Shown: positions 63,760-64,000 of the stretch, piece by piece
How the letters are laid out: each line of letters opens with the position of its first letter
Position numbering within the stretch: position 1 is the stretch's first letter
Source of the DNA: Octopus sinensis
Taxonomy: Eukaryota
NCBI RefSeq assembly: GCF_006345805.1
Contig: NC_043016.1
Span: 23,188,001-23,252,000, forward strand
Reading direction: 5' to 3'
DNA length: 64,000 bases
Position numbers and translations under genes: made by a program
The notes under the pieces: generated by a model
The model's input: only the letters and a program-made list of their open reading frames with translations
Database searches by the model: none
What the model was told of the DNA's origin: nothing

Positions 63760-64000
63760 TTCTGAATTCAAATTCTGCCAAGGTAAACTTTGCCTTTCAT
63801 CCATTTGGGGTTGATAAAATAAGTGCTGGTGAAGTAGCGGGGACAATGTAATCGACTTACCTCCTTTCCCAAACTTGTTGGTCTTGTACCAAAATTTGAA
63901 ATCAATATTTATCATATGATGTATGAAAGACTATTTTTTCTTATCATATTTGAAAGAAAATCAGGACAGTCAATTGATAAAGGAGGAAATACAAGCGTAA

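Overview
AT-rich, repeat-saturated eukaryotic DNA. The SINE/LINE families, microsatellite load and intron sizes point to an octopus (coleoid cephalopod) genome; this is inference, not a database result. Two convergent spliced genes are partly present and are missed by the ORF track. UBE2K (E2-25K/HIP2) has its last two coding exons on + (485-549, 3911-3982; UBA domain). OCIAD1/asrij has its last five coding exons on - (59243 down to 38816); phases chain correctly into G-YLKPHPKFGATLKNI-G-AGLAGYILGKLSYQNECRKK...YEDLRRQNR...NEYGDVWEEE*. The rest is mostly tRNA-derived SINEs, RTE and CR1 LINE fragments, mariner and piggyBac-type MITEs, and several Penelope-like (GIY-YIG) remnants. Almost all listed ORFs are repeat or microsatellite artefacts. 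No CRISPR array, rRNA or true tRNA gene was seen. The best leads for new biology are RNA-structural: (i) four different minimal hammerhead-ribozyme-like motifs in Penelope-like tails, one sitting behind a tRNA-like Pol III cassette; (ii) three long pre-miRNA-like hairpins; (iii) fold-back or templated rearrangements of mobile elements; (iv) a transposon-free 3'UTR-like island downstream of UBE2K. Repeat boundaries are approximate; exon boundaries were counted base by base.
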